This document shows, piece after piece, positions 18,633 through 27,302 of a stretch of 32,000 nt of DNA (positions are counted from its first letter, which is position 1; each line of letters opens with the position of its first letter). This DNA is from Thermoproteus tenax Kra 1 (GTDB lineage: Archaea > Thermoproteota > Thermoprotei > Thermoproteales > Thermoproteaceae), in assembly GCF_000253055.1 (NCBI RefSeq), contig NC_016070.1, positions 930,001-962,000 of the forward strand. The letters run 5' to 3'. Under the pieces are notes generated by a model. The model did not search any database. It was not told the origin of the DNA and saw nothing but the letters and a program-made list of their open reading frames with translations. The position numbers were made by a program, and so were the translations under genes.

Positions 18633-18712
18633 TTTACCAAGCTAAATATCTCTTGCATAATATTTAAACACTGCCTCGCATCGTCTTCCGTGTAGCAGTC
18701 TTTCAACATCAT
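18629..18712 (-). pseudogene. Possible C-terminal remnant of a HEPN-domain protein
   Basis: Minus-strand MMLKDCYTEDDARQCLNIMQEIFSLVK* resembles the YT.EDA..cL..A.EI..fV C-terminus of HEPN proteins; its TGA overlaps the ATG of the MNT gene. No intact N-terminal HEPN helices found. Confidence 0.35.
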
Positions 18713-18911
18713 CGTAACTCCCCATCGTTTAGACCTTTGAGGCCTTCTTAAGGTTAACCCCCTCCGTCGATCGCCGCAAGTGCTCTGTTGAGACCTTCGG
18801 CGGACGAGGCGCTTTACGACTAAACAATATAATTCTCAACATTGTTGCACGTTAATCTATCTTTGGACATAAATCTAAACAAACTCTTAATATAGGCGGC
18901 CGGATCCAGCC

Positions 18912-19460
18912 GTGCGCCTCGTGATAAGCTGCATGGACTACAGGCTCTCCGAGGAGATAGCCAAGAGGGCCCGCGAGGGCGACCTCATTTTGAGGACCGC
19001 GGGCGCCAACGTCAACGGCCTGAGGAGCTATCTTTCCGGGCTGGACGTAGAGGAGGTTCTCTATCTTCCTCATACAGACTGCGCCGCTCTGAAGTTGGTC
19101 TACTCGGCGATAGTAGAAGGCAGGCCTGTGGATCCAGCTGTGGAGGAGGCGCTGGTCTCGTTGTACAGAGGTAGAGAGTTCTCCACTATGGAGGAGCTCG
19201 AGAGGATACACGTCGAGCTCCAGACGTCGATCTTGAAGTCCCTCTTCCCGAGGGCAAAGGTCTCCGTGGAGATTATCGACGTGTCCAAGGTCAAGCCACT
19301 TCAGAGGAAGTCCGTCTATCACTTGCTCAAGCCCTCCAGCAGATACGATCAAGAGGTGCTGGGAGCCTACATCATCCAAGCGCCCAAGAGAGAGGACGTC
19401 GAGGCTGATATAAAGATCGCAGAGAGCCTAGGGCTGAGGCCCGGGAGGTCTGAGATTTAA
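18912..19460 (+). CDS. Beta-class carbonic anhydrase-like protein
   Basis: GTG start; VISCMDYRL (C-x-D-x-R) and LPHTDCAAL (H-x-x-C) zinc-ligand motifs plus RTAGANV. TATA-like TTAATATA about 23 nt upstream. Confidence 0.65.
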   Translation: MRLVISCMDYRLSEEIAKRAREGDLILRTAGANVNGLRSYLSGLDVEEVLYLPHTDCAALKLVYSAIVEGRPVDPAVEEALVSLYRGREFSTMEELERIHVELQTSILKSLFPRAKVSVEIIDVSKVKPLQRKSVYHLLKPSSRYDQEVLGAYIIQAPKREDVEADIKIAESLGLRPGRSEI

Positions 19461-19840
19461 CAGGTCTTGGCCGAGCCCGGGACCTGCCTCAAAGTCACCG
19501 ACACAAGCTTGGGGCCGCCCCCCTGGTCCAGCTCGGTCTGCCCTATATAGAGGGCATTGCTGGAGTTGTAGACGGCCACTATCGTGGCATCGCAACAACT
19601 TAGCTGGGCGCCCTCGGCCTTGGCCAAAACGGAGCCCGGCACGAAGGCCTCGCCGACGGCGTCGGCGTTTGTGCACCAGACGGCCTTGCCTCCGCTGTAC
19701 AATACTACGTGTGAGTGGGGCGCGAGGCTGCCGTTGGGGAAATAGACGGCGACTACGAGGTACGGAGGCGTGGCAAATAGGGAGAAGACGACAAGGGCAA
19801 CGGCCGCTGCGGCGAAGAGGAGGGCCAGGCCCAAGCTCAT
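19457..19840 (-). CDS. Hypothetical protein with N-terminal signal/anchor helix
   Basis: MSLGLALLFAAAAVALVVFSLFATPPYLVVAVYFPNG...; stop overlaps that of the convergent carbonic-anhydrase-like gene; 1 bp upstream of the acyl-CoA synthetase stop region. Confidence 0.55.
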   Translation of the reverse strand: MSLGLALLFAAAAVALVVFSLFATPPYLVVAVYFPNGSLAPHSHVVLYSGGKAVWCTNADAVGEAFVPGSVLAKAEGAQLSCCDATIVAVYNSSNALYIGQTELDQGGGPKLVSVTLRQVPGSAKTC

Positions 19841-19841
19841 A

Positions 19842-21728
19842 TTAAAGCTTCTGCCTCAGCTCCTCTATGCTCTCTTCGTCCTCCAACGTGCTTAGATCGC
19901 CCAAGCTCTGTCCGGCGGCCATAGCCCTCAAGACCCTCCTCATCACTTTGCCCGTCCTAGTCTTGGGCAGTTTGTTGAGGATCACCACTCTGCCCACAAC
20001 CGCGATTGGCCCGAGCATTTTCTTTAGATGCGAAACTACCTCGTCCTCCGTTATGTGGGCGCCCATTTTGGGCACTACGAAGACGCCGAGGACGTCGCCT
20101 CTGACGGGGTCAGGTATGCCCACTACAGCGGCCTCGGCCACGGCGGGATGCGACGTAAGTATGTCCTCTACCTCCCTCGTGGAGAGCCTGTGGCCAGCCA
20201 CCTTTATCACGTCGTCGGATCTCCCCAGTATGTGCAAGTGCCCATCCTCGTCCAAATAGCCTAAGTCGCCCGTGTGGTAGTAGCCGGGGAACTTGGACCA
20301 GTAGGATTTGACGTAGCGGTCCGGGTCCCCCCACAGCGTGTGCAAGAAGGCGGGCGGCAGAGGCGGCTTGGCGACGACGTGGCCCTTCTCGCCGGCAGGT
20401 AGCGGCCTCCCGTTGTCGTCTAAGATCTCTATTCTCAGAGTGGGATAGGGGTGGCCCACCGAGCCGTACTTGTATCTGAACCCTCCCAAGTTCATCGAGC
20501 CGGGCGCTGTGACGAAACACGCAGTCTCAGTCTGGCCCCAGATGTCGGCTATGTAGCAGTCGGGCCTCCCTCTACAGACCACGTCCCTCATCCACTTGTA
20601 GGCCTCCTCGTTCAAGACCTCCCCGGTGGGGTAGAGGGCCATCAGCCTCTTGAGGCCGTACTTCATGGGCCATTCATCCCCGTATTTCATTAATAGCCTT
20701 ATAGCCGTCGGCGAGAACAACATGTGGGTCACTCCGAATCTATCGGCTATCTCCCACCATATGCCCGGGTGCGGATAGTCGGGGGCGTCCTCGTACCACA
20801 AGACGGTCAACCCGTTGAGCAATGGGCCGTGGACGCCGTAGTGGTGGCCCGAGATCCAGCCTATGTCCGCAGTGGAGAAGAAGACTATATCATCTCTGAA
20901 CTCCCTCTCGGCGCCTGTGAGGTGGTTGAAGGCGTACCAGATCCAGACCATGTAGGAGCCGTGTAAATGGAGGATGCCCTTGGGCTTGCCGGTGGTGCCC
21001 GAGGTGTAGAGTATAAAGAGCGGGGCATCGCCCTCGACCCACTCGGGCTCTGCGTAGACCTCTCCCCTCAGCTCCCGGGTGGCCTCGTGCCACCAGAGGT
21101 CTCTGCCCTCCCTCATGGGGACCTCGGCGCCCACTCTCCTATAGACTAACACTTGAGCATCTGAGTTGGCGAGCTTCAACGCTTCATCGACTGTGGGCTT
21201 CAACAGAGTCGTCTTGCCCCTTCTGGTCATTCCGTCCGCAGTTATGACTAGAGAGGCTTTGGAGTCCACGATTCTGTCTGCGAGGGCCTGCGCCCCGAAG
21301 CCGGAGAAGACCACTGTGTGTACAGCGCCGATCCTATTCACGGCCAACATAGCCACCATGGCCTCGGGTATCATGGGCATGTATATGGCCACGCGGTCCC
21401 CCCTTCCAACGCCGAGGCTCCTCAACGCCGTGGCCAACTTGTTCACCTCGATGTACAAGTCCCAATACCGCAGGATCCTCGTCTCACCTGAGGCGGAGAC
21501 CCAGATGAGGGCGGCCTTGTTGCCTCTGCCCTCCTTGATGTGTCTGTCGAGGGCGTTGTAGGATATATTGGTCTTCCCTCCCACAAACCACTTATAGAAG
21601 GGCGGGTTAGAGTCGTCGTAGGTCTTCTCCCAGGGCTCCTTCCAGTAGAGCCTCTTGGCCTGCTCGGCCCAAAAGCCCACGGGGTCCTCCAACGACTTTC
21701 TGTAGACCTCCAAGAACTCCTTGGACAT
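19842..21728 (-). CDS. AMP-forming acyl-CoA synthetase (acetyl-CoA synthetase family; candidate 4-hydroxybutyrate--CoA ligase)
   Basis: NYNALDRH-like N-term (ISYNALDRHIKEGRGNKAALIW), LFILYTSGTTGKPKG, TAWWTG-like region replaced by IADIWGQTETACF, YHTGDLGYLDEDGHLHILGRSDDVIKVAGHRLST, RTGKVMRRVLR. Substrate inferred from neighbours. Confidence 0.88.
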   Translation of the reverse strand: MSKEFLEVYRKSLEDPVGFWAEQAKRLYWKEPWEKTYDDSNPPFYKWFVGGKTNISYNALDRHIKEGRGNKAALIWVSASGETRILRYWDLYIEVNKLATALRSLGVGRGDRVAIYMPMIPEAMVAMLAVNRIGAVHTVVFSGFGAQALADRIVDSKASLVITADGMTRRGKTTLLKPTVDEALKLANSDAQVLVYRRVGAEVPMREGRDLWWHEATRELRGEVYAEPEWVEGDAPLFILYTSGTTGKPKGILHLHGSYMVWIWYAFNHLTGAEREFRDDIVFFSTADIGWISGHHYGVHGPLLNGLTVLWYEDAPDYPHPGIWWEIADRFGVTHMLFSPTAIRLLMKYGDEWPMKYGLKRLMALYPTGEVLNEEAYKWMRDVVCRGRPDCYIADIWGQTETACFVTAPGSMNLGGFRYKYGSVGHPYPTLRIEILDDNGRPLPAGEKGHVVAKPPLPPAFLHTLWGDPDRYVKSYWSKFPGYYHTGDLGYLDEDGHLHILGRSDDVIKVAGHRLSTREVEDILTSHPAVAEAAVVGIPDPVRGDVLGVFVVPKMGAHITEDEVVSHLKKMLGPIAVVGRVVILNKLPKTRTGKVMRRVLRAMAAGQSLGDLSTLEDEESIEELRQKL

Positions 21729-21730
21729 AG

Positions 21731-23149
21731 CTACGCTATATTCAGGACGTAGTATTTTATCTCAGTGAACAACAACATAGTGCTTCTGACGCCCTCGCGC
21801 CAGCCCGCGCTCAAGCCCGACATCTTGACGCCGCCGTAGGGCAAAGCGTCGAACCTCACCCTAGTGGAGTCGTTTATCATCACGGCGCCGGCCTTTATGG
21901 CCCTCGCCACTCGGAACGCCCTCTTGTAGTCAGAGGTAAACACGGCGGACTGTAGGCCGTATTGAGTCCAGTTTGCTAACTCCACGGCCTCTCTCTCGTC
22001 CTCAAAGGGCGCCACGGGCAAAACGGGGCCGAAGACCTCCTCTCTAAACGCCTTGGCCTCGGGGGGCCTTCCGTCGAAGGCCACAAGCGTCGGCTCAAAG
22101 AAGTAGCCCTTCCTCTGCATCCTCCTGCCTCCGTACAACAGCTTCCCTCCCTTCTCCACGGCGTCTGCCACAATGCCCTCCATGGCCTTCACCATCTTGT
22201 CCGATATAACCGGCCCCATCTCTGTGGACTCATCCATGGGGTCCCCCACTTTTATCGCGGCGATCTTCCGCCTCAATATATCCAGGAATTTGTCGTAGAC
22301 CTTCCTCTCCACGAAGACCCTCTTGGTCGCGTTGCAGTTCTGGCCGGCGTTCTCGAACCTGGCTCTGGCTATAATGGAGGCCGCCGCCTCAAGGTCGGCG
22401 TCGGCGAAGACTATGGCGGGATCGGAGCCGCCGGGCGCTATCATGAACTTCTTCCCCCTGCCGGCGGCTTTGGCGGCCACTTGTAGGCCCACCGCCGTGC
22501 TCCCCGTGAAGGATATGCCTACCACCTTTGGGTTGTCTACGAACTCGTTGAATATCTCCTCCCCGCTGCCCACAACTACCTGCACGACGCCTTGCGGCAC
22601 GCCGGCCTTCTGCAATATCTGGGCCATCTTTAGGGCCGTAAGCGGAGTGTGGGAGGAGGGCTTTGCGATCACAGTGTTGCCTGCGGCGATGACGGGGGCT
22701 ATCTTATGTGCGAAGGTCGAGGCCGGGTTATTGTAGCTGAGGGCTCCCGCCACAACGCCCATGGGCTCCCTGACCTCCATCGCGATCCTGTTCTCGTTGG
22801 CCAGGGGGTAGTCGTAGGCGTCGACCCTCGGGATCTTCCCCTCGAGGATATATTTGGCCTCCTCGGCGCTGGCCCTAAATATTTCGATCGCTCTTCGTAG
22901 CTCCGCCCTTGCGTCCCTTATAGGTTTGCCGGACTCTGCGACCAACGTGTTTATCAGCGTATCGTCGGCCTCGATAAGATCTGCGGCCCTCCTCAAAAGC
23001 TTGGCCCTCTCCCTTAAGGGGAGCTCGGACCATCTATAAAAGGCGTCCTCGGCCTCATCTATAGCCCTCCTCACCTCCTCCCTTGAGGCCGAGGGGAGCA
23101 CGGCCAACACCTCCTCGGTGGCGGGATTCACAACGACGACGTCCGGCAT
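21731..23149 (-). CDS. Aldehyde dehydrogenase superfamily protein (candidate succinyl-CoA reductase / succinate-semialdehyde dehydrogenase)
   Basis: SYNNPASTFAHKIAPVIAAGNTVIAKPSSHTPLTALK, GISFTGSTAVGLQVA, ENAGQNCNATKRVFV active-site Cys. Start chosen at 23149 (MPDVVVVNPATEE) because a TATA-like box sits about 25 nt upstream. Confidence 0.85.
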   Translation of the reverse strand: MPDVVVVNPATEEVLAVLPSASREEVRRAIDEAEDAFYRWSELPLRERAKLLRRAADLIEADDTLINTLVAESGKPIRDARAELRRAIEIFRASAEEAKYILEGKIPRVDAYDYPLANENRIAMEVREPMGVVAGALSYNNPASTFAHKIAPVIAAGNTVIAKPSSHTPLTALKMAQILQKAGVPQGVVQVVVGSGEEIFNEFVDNPKVVGISFTGSTAVGLQVAAKAAGRGKKFMIAPGGSDPAIVFADADLEAAASIIARARFENAGQNCNATKRVFVERKVYDKFLDILRRKIAAIKVGDPMDESTEMGPVISDKMVKAMEGIVADAVEKGGKLLYGGRRMQRKGYFFEPTLVAFDGRPPEAKAFREEVFGPVLPVAPFEDEREAVELANWTQYGLQSAVFTSDYKRAFRVARAIKAGAVMINDSTRVRFDALPYGGVKMSGLSAGWREGVRSTMLLFTEIKYYVLNIA

Positions 23150-23168
23150 AGGCCACAAAATCACGATA

Positions 23169-23176
23169 CTTATAAA
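23169..23176 (-). promoter_or_regulatory. Predicted TATA box for the aldehyde dehydrogenase gene
   Basis: Minus-strand TTTATAAG, about 24 nt upstream of ATG at 23149: spacing typical of a leaderless archaeal transcript. Confidence 0.5.
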
Positions 23177-23249
23177 TTTTTCTTTACTAATATATGTTTT
23201 TAATTTTTATAATTATTTAATATTATATATCTTTATTCAGGAAATAACC

Positions 23250-23257
23250 TTTAAATA
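23250..23257 (+). promoter_or_regulatory. Predicted TATA box for 4-hydroxybutyryl-CoA dehydratase
   Basis: GAAATAACC TTTAAATA AGCC with centre about 23 nt upstream of ATG at 23276. Confidence 0.55.
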
Positions 23258-23275
23258 AGCCATCTAGAGCGGTCT

Positions 23276-24772
23276 ATGGGATTAAGGACGGGGGATCAGT
23301 ATGTGGAGGGCCTCCGGAGGAGGAAGCACGTCGAGGTCTACGTCTTGGGCAAGTTGGTGGAGGATGTAACGACGCACCCGTTCCTGAAGCCGTCGGTCAA
23401 AGCCTTTAAGGCGACATTCGATGCAGCCTTCGATGAAGACACGCGGGCTCTGGCCAGAGTAAAGAGCCCGTTCATAGGCGAGGAGATAAACAGATTCGTC
23501 CACATACATCAGGGGCCCGAGGATCTTGTGGCGAAGGTTAAACTGTTGAGGAAGCTGAGCCACAAGGTGGGGACGTGCTTCCAGAGGTGTGTGGGCTGGG
23601 ACGCCCTCAACACCATGTATATAGTCACGGGCAAGCTCGCCGAGAGGGAGGGCAAGAAGGTCTACTTCGAGAGATTCGTCGAGTATCTGAAGTACGTCCA
23701 GAAGAACGACCTGGCGCTGGCGGGGGCTATGACTGACGTCAAGGGAGTAAGATCGCTGAGGCCCCACGAGCAGCCCAACAAGGACGCCTATGTCCACGTT
23801 GTTGAGGAGAGGGGCGACGGGATAGTGGTCAGAGGCGCCAAGGCCAATATAACGGGGGTCGCCGTAGTGGACGAGGTAGTCGTCATGCCCACGAGGGCTA
23901 TGACGGAGAAGGACGCTGAGTACGCCGTGGCCTTCGCAATCCCTCTGGACACGCCGGGCGTCAAAGTCGTCGTGGGGAGACAAGTCAACGACCTCAGGAG
24001 GTTCGAGGGGGAGATCGACGGCCTGCCCTATCTGTTCAACCACGAGGGGCTGGTGATATTCGAGGACGTGTTCGTCCCCTGGGAGAGAGTCTTCTTCTAT
24101 AAGGAGTGGAAACATTCGGGGGAGCTTGTGGAGATATTCGCAAGCTTCCACAGACAGGGCTACGCCGGATGCAAGTCGGGGCTCGGCGATGTCATAATAG
24201 GCGCTTCGTTCAATCTAGCTAGACAGCTCGGCATCGCCGACAAGCCCCACGTCCAGGAGAAGCTCACCGAGATGGTGTTTCTGAACGAGACTATGTACTC
24301 CGCAGGCCTCGCGGCGAGCTGGGAGGGGAGGAAGCTGTTGAAGGACGGAGGCTGGTGGGTCAACCCCATGTTCGCCAATATAACTAAACATCTGGTGGCG
24401 AGGTTCCCCTACGAGATAGCCAGACTCTCCCACGACATTGCCGGAGGCATTATCGCCACGGGACCCAGCGAGGCGGATCTCAAGAACCCCGATCTGAGGA
24501 AGCTAATCGAGAAATATATACAAGGAGTGCCGGAGTTTACGGCCGAGGACAGGCTGCGGATGGTGCGCCTGTTGGAGAACATAAGCTTGAGCGCCGCCTA
24601 CCTCGTTGAGTCTGTCCACGGCGCCGGCAGCCCCCAGGCTCAGCGTATATCTATCCAGAGGCTCTACGATCTTCAGAAGGCCGAGATGATAGCCAGACGC
24701 CTCGCCGGTATGACCAACGCCCAGCTGGATCAAAAGGTCGAGCCCCACAAGCCCTCGGACGCAGAAAGATGA
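23276..24772 (+). CDS. 4-hydroxybutyryl-CoA dehydratase / vinylacetyl-CoA delta-isomerase
   Basis: [14 protein letters not shown] (CxxxC) and [12 protein letters not shown] (H-x6-C) carry the spacing of the known 4Fe-4S ligands (Cys99/Cys103, His292/Cys299 in the Clostridium aminobutyricum enzyme); full length 498 aa. Confidence 0.93.
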   Translation: MGLRTGDQYVEGLRRRKHVEVYVLGKLVEDVTTHPFLKPSVKAFKATFDAAFDEDTRALARVKSPFIGEEINRFVHIHQGPEDLVAKVKLLRKLSHKVGTCFQRCVGWDALNTMYIVTGKLAEREGKKVYFERFVEYLKYVQKNDLALAGAMTDVKGVRSLRPHEQPNKDAYVHVVEERGDGIVVRGAKANITGVAVVDEVVVMPTRAMTEKDAEYAVAFAIPLDTPGVKVVVGRQVNDLRRFEGEIDGLPYLFNHEGLVIFEDVFVPWERVFFYKEWKHSGELVEIFASFHRQGYAGCKSGLGDVIIGASFNLARQLGIADKPHVQEKLTEMVFLNETMYSAGLAASWEGRKLLKDGGWWVNPMFANITKHLVARFPYEIARLSHDIAGGIIATGPSEADLKNPDLRKLIEKYIQGVPEFTAEDRLRMVRLLENISLSAAYLVESVHGAGSPQAQRISIQRLYDLQKAEMIARRLAGMTNAQLDQKVEPHKPSDAER

Positions 24773-25188
24773 AAGTAGGGAGGGCGGCTAGGTCTCCCCC
24801 CGTAACGGCGGACCCAAGCCTCAGCATAAGGGATGCCGCCAGACTTATGGCTGAGCGGAGGATAGGGCTCTTGGTTCTGACGAGGGGCAACGAGATCTTC
24901 GGCGTGGTGTCCGAGCGGGATATAGTCCGCGCCGTGGCCCAGGGCCTCGACCTCGGCGCACCTATCGGGGCGATAGCCACTAGGAGCGTAATAACTATAG
25001 ATGCAGAGGCGACCTTAGCGGAAGCTGCGAGGCTTATGCGGGAGAAGGGCGTGAGGCACTTAGTTGTAACAAAGGGCGGGAGGCTCTACGGCGTCCTCTC
25101 CATAAGAGATGTCGTCGACGAGATGGCGCACCTCGAGATGGCGGCAGAGGGCGCCATAAACGTCGAACATACAGCCCCTGCAGATTAA
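24769..25188 (+). CDS. Tandem CBS-domain protein
   Basis: [41 protein letters not shown] ... [39 protein letters not shown]; two CBS repeats; ATG overlaps the stop of the dehydratase gene (ATGA). Confidence 0.92.
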   Translation: MKVGRAARSPPVTADPSLSIRDAARLMAERRIGLLVLTRGNEIFGVVSERDIVRAVAQGLDLGAPIGAIATRSVITIDAEATLAEAARLMREKGVRHLVVTKGGRLYGVLSIRDVVDEMAHLEMAAEGAINVEHTAPAD

Positions 25189-25257
25189 TAATTATAATTT
25201 TTCGACATTAATAAAAATGAAAGAAAAAATAATTAAAATATTCAAAAAATAGCAACT

Positions 25258-27003
25258 ATGGACTTTATATATTGTGACGTAGTAGTGGTAGGATCGGGGT
25301 TGGCGGGGCTGCGCGCCGCCATAGCAGCCGCTGAGTCCAAGCCGGATCTCGAGGTGTGCGTAGTGACCAAAGTCTCGGGGCCGAGGTCCCACAGCATTGC
25401 CGCCGAGGGAGGAATGGCCGGCGTCCTCTACCCAGAGAAGACGGGCGACAGCGCGGAGCTCCACGCATATGACACAGTGAAGGGAGGCGACTTCCTGGTG
25501 GACCAAGACGCTGCGTTGATGTTGGCGCAGGAGGCCCCCAAGGAGATATTCTACCTCGAGAAGCTCGGCGTGCCGTGGAACCGCGACGCCGATGGCAGAA
25601 TAGCGCTGAGGCTCTTCGGAGGTATGTCCAAGCCCAGGACCGCCTTCGCCAGGGACAAGACCGGCTTCTTCGTGATGTCGGCCTTATATAGAGCGGCGAG
25701 GTCGCTCCCCATCAAGTTCTACGAGGAGCATTTGGTCACCAAGCTCTTCATAAAGAGGGGGCAGTTCGCCGGCCTCATCGCCCTCGATCTGAGGCGCGGC
25801 GAGCTGAGGCTCTTCAGAGCTAAGGCGGGCGTGATTGCCACGGGAGGAGGGGGAAGGATGTTCAAGTTGACCACCATGGGCTTCGCCAATACGGGCGAGA
25901 TGTGGGGCATCGCTCTGAGGGAGGGCATAGCGCTGAAGGACATGGAGTTCGTCCAGTGGCATCCCACTGCGCTAGTCCCGAGCGGGATCCTGATAAGCGA
26001 GGCCGCAAGAGCCGAGGGCGCCTATCTCGTGAACAAGCTCGGCGAGAGGTTCATGGCGCGTTACGCACCACAGAGGATGGAGCTGGCCCCAAGGGACGTA
26101 GTCGCCAGGGCGATAGCCACCGAGTGTATGGCCGGAAGGGGGTTTATACACGAGGAGTCAAAGATGTGCTACGTAGGTCTCGATCTGAGACATATAGACC
26201 CACAGAGGATGAAGGAGAGGCTTCCTCTGTTGATGGAGGTAGTCAGGACGTACGCCGGCCTGGACCCCACCAAGGACTTGATCCCGGTGGCGCCCGCCGT
26301 GCACTACTTCATGGGAGGGATACACACGGACCTACACGGGAGAGTGTTGGACGCCAACGGGAGATGGATCATAGGCCTCTGGGCCGCGGGCGAGGCCGCC
26401 TCAGTCTCTGTGCATGGGGCCAACAGACTTGGCTCGAACTCTCTGGCCGAGTGCGCCGTGTGGGGCAGATTGACGGGCATTCAAGCCGCCGAGTTTGCCT
26501 CGTCGACCCAACAGCCCCCCGCCCTCGATCTGGAGGCGAAGACCGTGTACGGCGCAGAGGAGAGGAGGATATTCGACAAGCTTCTTCACCGTGAGAGCGG
26601 AGGGATATCTCTGGGCCAAGTAAAGTCGGCCATCCAAGAGGCTCTCCACAGCGGCGCGGGCATATTCAGACACAAGTCCACTATCGAGGAGGCCCTTACT
26701 AAGGTCACGAGGACGGCCGCTAAGGTGATGCAAGTGAACGTACACGATGTGGGGAGGACCTACAACATGGAGCTCAAGGAGCTGTTGGAGCTCGACGGAG
26801 CCGTGCTCGCGGCACAAGTGATACTCATGGGCGCCTACTTTAGACAAGAGTCGAGGGGGTCCCACTATCGGTTGGACCACCCCAGCCGCGACGACTCCAG
26901 ATGGCTGGTCCACACTATCGCCTATAGATACGGCGATGGGGTCGTCCTAAAGTGGGAGCCCGTGAGGATCTTGAAATGGCCGCCCGAGGTCAGATCCTAT
27001 TAA
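25258..27003 (+). CDS. Fumarate reductase / succinate dehydrogenase flavoprotein subunit
   Basis: CDVVVVGSGLAGLRAAIAAAE, SHSIAAEGGMAGVL, GFFVMSALY, FVQWHPTAL, HYFMGGIHTDLHGRV, GLWAAGEAASVSVHGANRLGSNSL. Confidence 0.92.
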   Translation: MDFIYCDVVVVGSGLAGLRAAIAAAESKPDLEVCVVTKVSGPRSHSIAAEGGMAGVLYPEKTGDSAELHAYDTVKGGDFLVDQDAALMLAQEAPKEIFYLEKLGVPWNRDADGRIALRLFGGMSKPRTAFARDKTGFFVMSALYRAARSLPIKFYEEHLVTKLFIKRGQFAGLIALDLRRGELRLFRAKAGVIATGGGGRMFKLTTMGFANTGEMWGIALREGIALKDMEFVQWHPTALVPSGILISEAARAEGAYLVNKLGERFMARYAPQRMELAPRDVVARAIATECMAGRGFIHEESKMCYVGLDLRHIDPQRMKERLPLLMEVVRTYAGLDPTKDLIPVAPAVHYFMGGIHTDLHGRVLDANGRWIIGLWAAGEAASVSVHGANRLGSNSLAECAVWGRLTGIQAAEFASSTQQPPALDLEAKTVYGAEERRIFDKLLHRESGGISLGQVKSAIQEALHSGAGIFRHKSTIEEALTKVTRTAAKVMQVNVHDVGRTYNMELKELLELDGAVLAAQVILMGAYFRQESRGSHYRLDHPSRDDSRWLVHTIAYRYGDGVVLKWEPVRILKWPPEVRSY

Positions 27004-27302
27004 AGCTCGGCGATGAGATCCTTCACTACTTTGTCTGTCAGAGGCTCGACGTAGACTGCGTTGGTCCCTAAGTCGGATATCTTGGTTGCACAGGCGAGCC
27101 GCGGCGTTCCGTTTATCTTCACCATACATGCGCCGCAGATGCCCATTCTGCACGCGTAGCGGAACGCCAGAGAGCCGTCTAGATCGTCTCTCACCTTTAT
27201 CAAGAGGTCGAGGATCGTCGTGTTGGAGTCGGCGTCGACCGTGTACTTCTGTTCGTACTGTGCTCCGTCTCTATATCGTTTCACCGTCAATATGACCTTC
27301 AC
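27000..27302 (-). CDS. FrdB/SdhB-like protein containing only the N-terminal 2Fe-2S domain
   Basis: TILDLLIKVRDDLDGSLAFRYACRMGICGACMVKINGTPRLACATKI: SdhB plant-ferredoxin-type cluster motif; ORF ends at 100 aa without the 4Fe-4S/3Fe-4S domain. Confidence 0.85.
   Translation of the reverse strand: MKVILTVKRYRDGAQYEQKYTVDADSNTTILDLLIKVRDDLDGSLAFRYACRMGICGACMVKINGTPRLACATKISDLGTNAVYVEPLTDKVVKDLIAEL

Noticed and set aside
23282-24151. 289-aa minus-strand ORF
   Set aside because: Antisense to 4-hydroxybutyryl-CoA dehydratase, whose metal-ligand motifs are intact.
25902-26594. 230-aa plus-strand ORF
   Set aside because: Alternate frame inside the fumarate reductase flavoprotein gene, Arg/Gly/Ser-rich composition typical of shadow ORFs.
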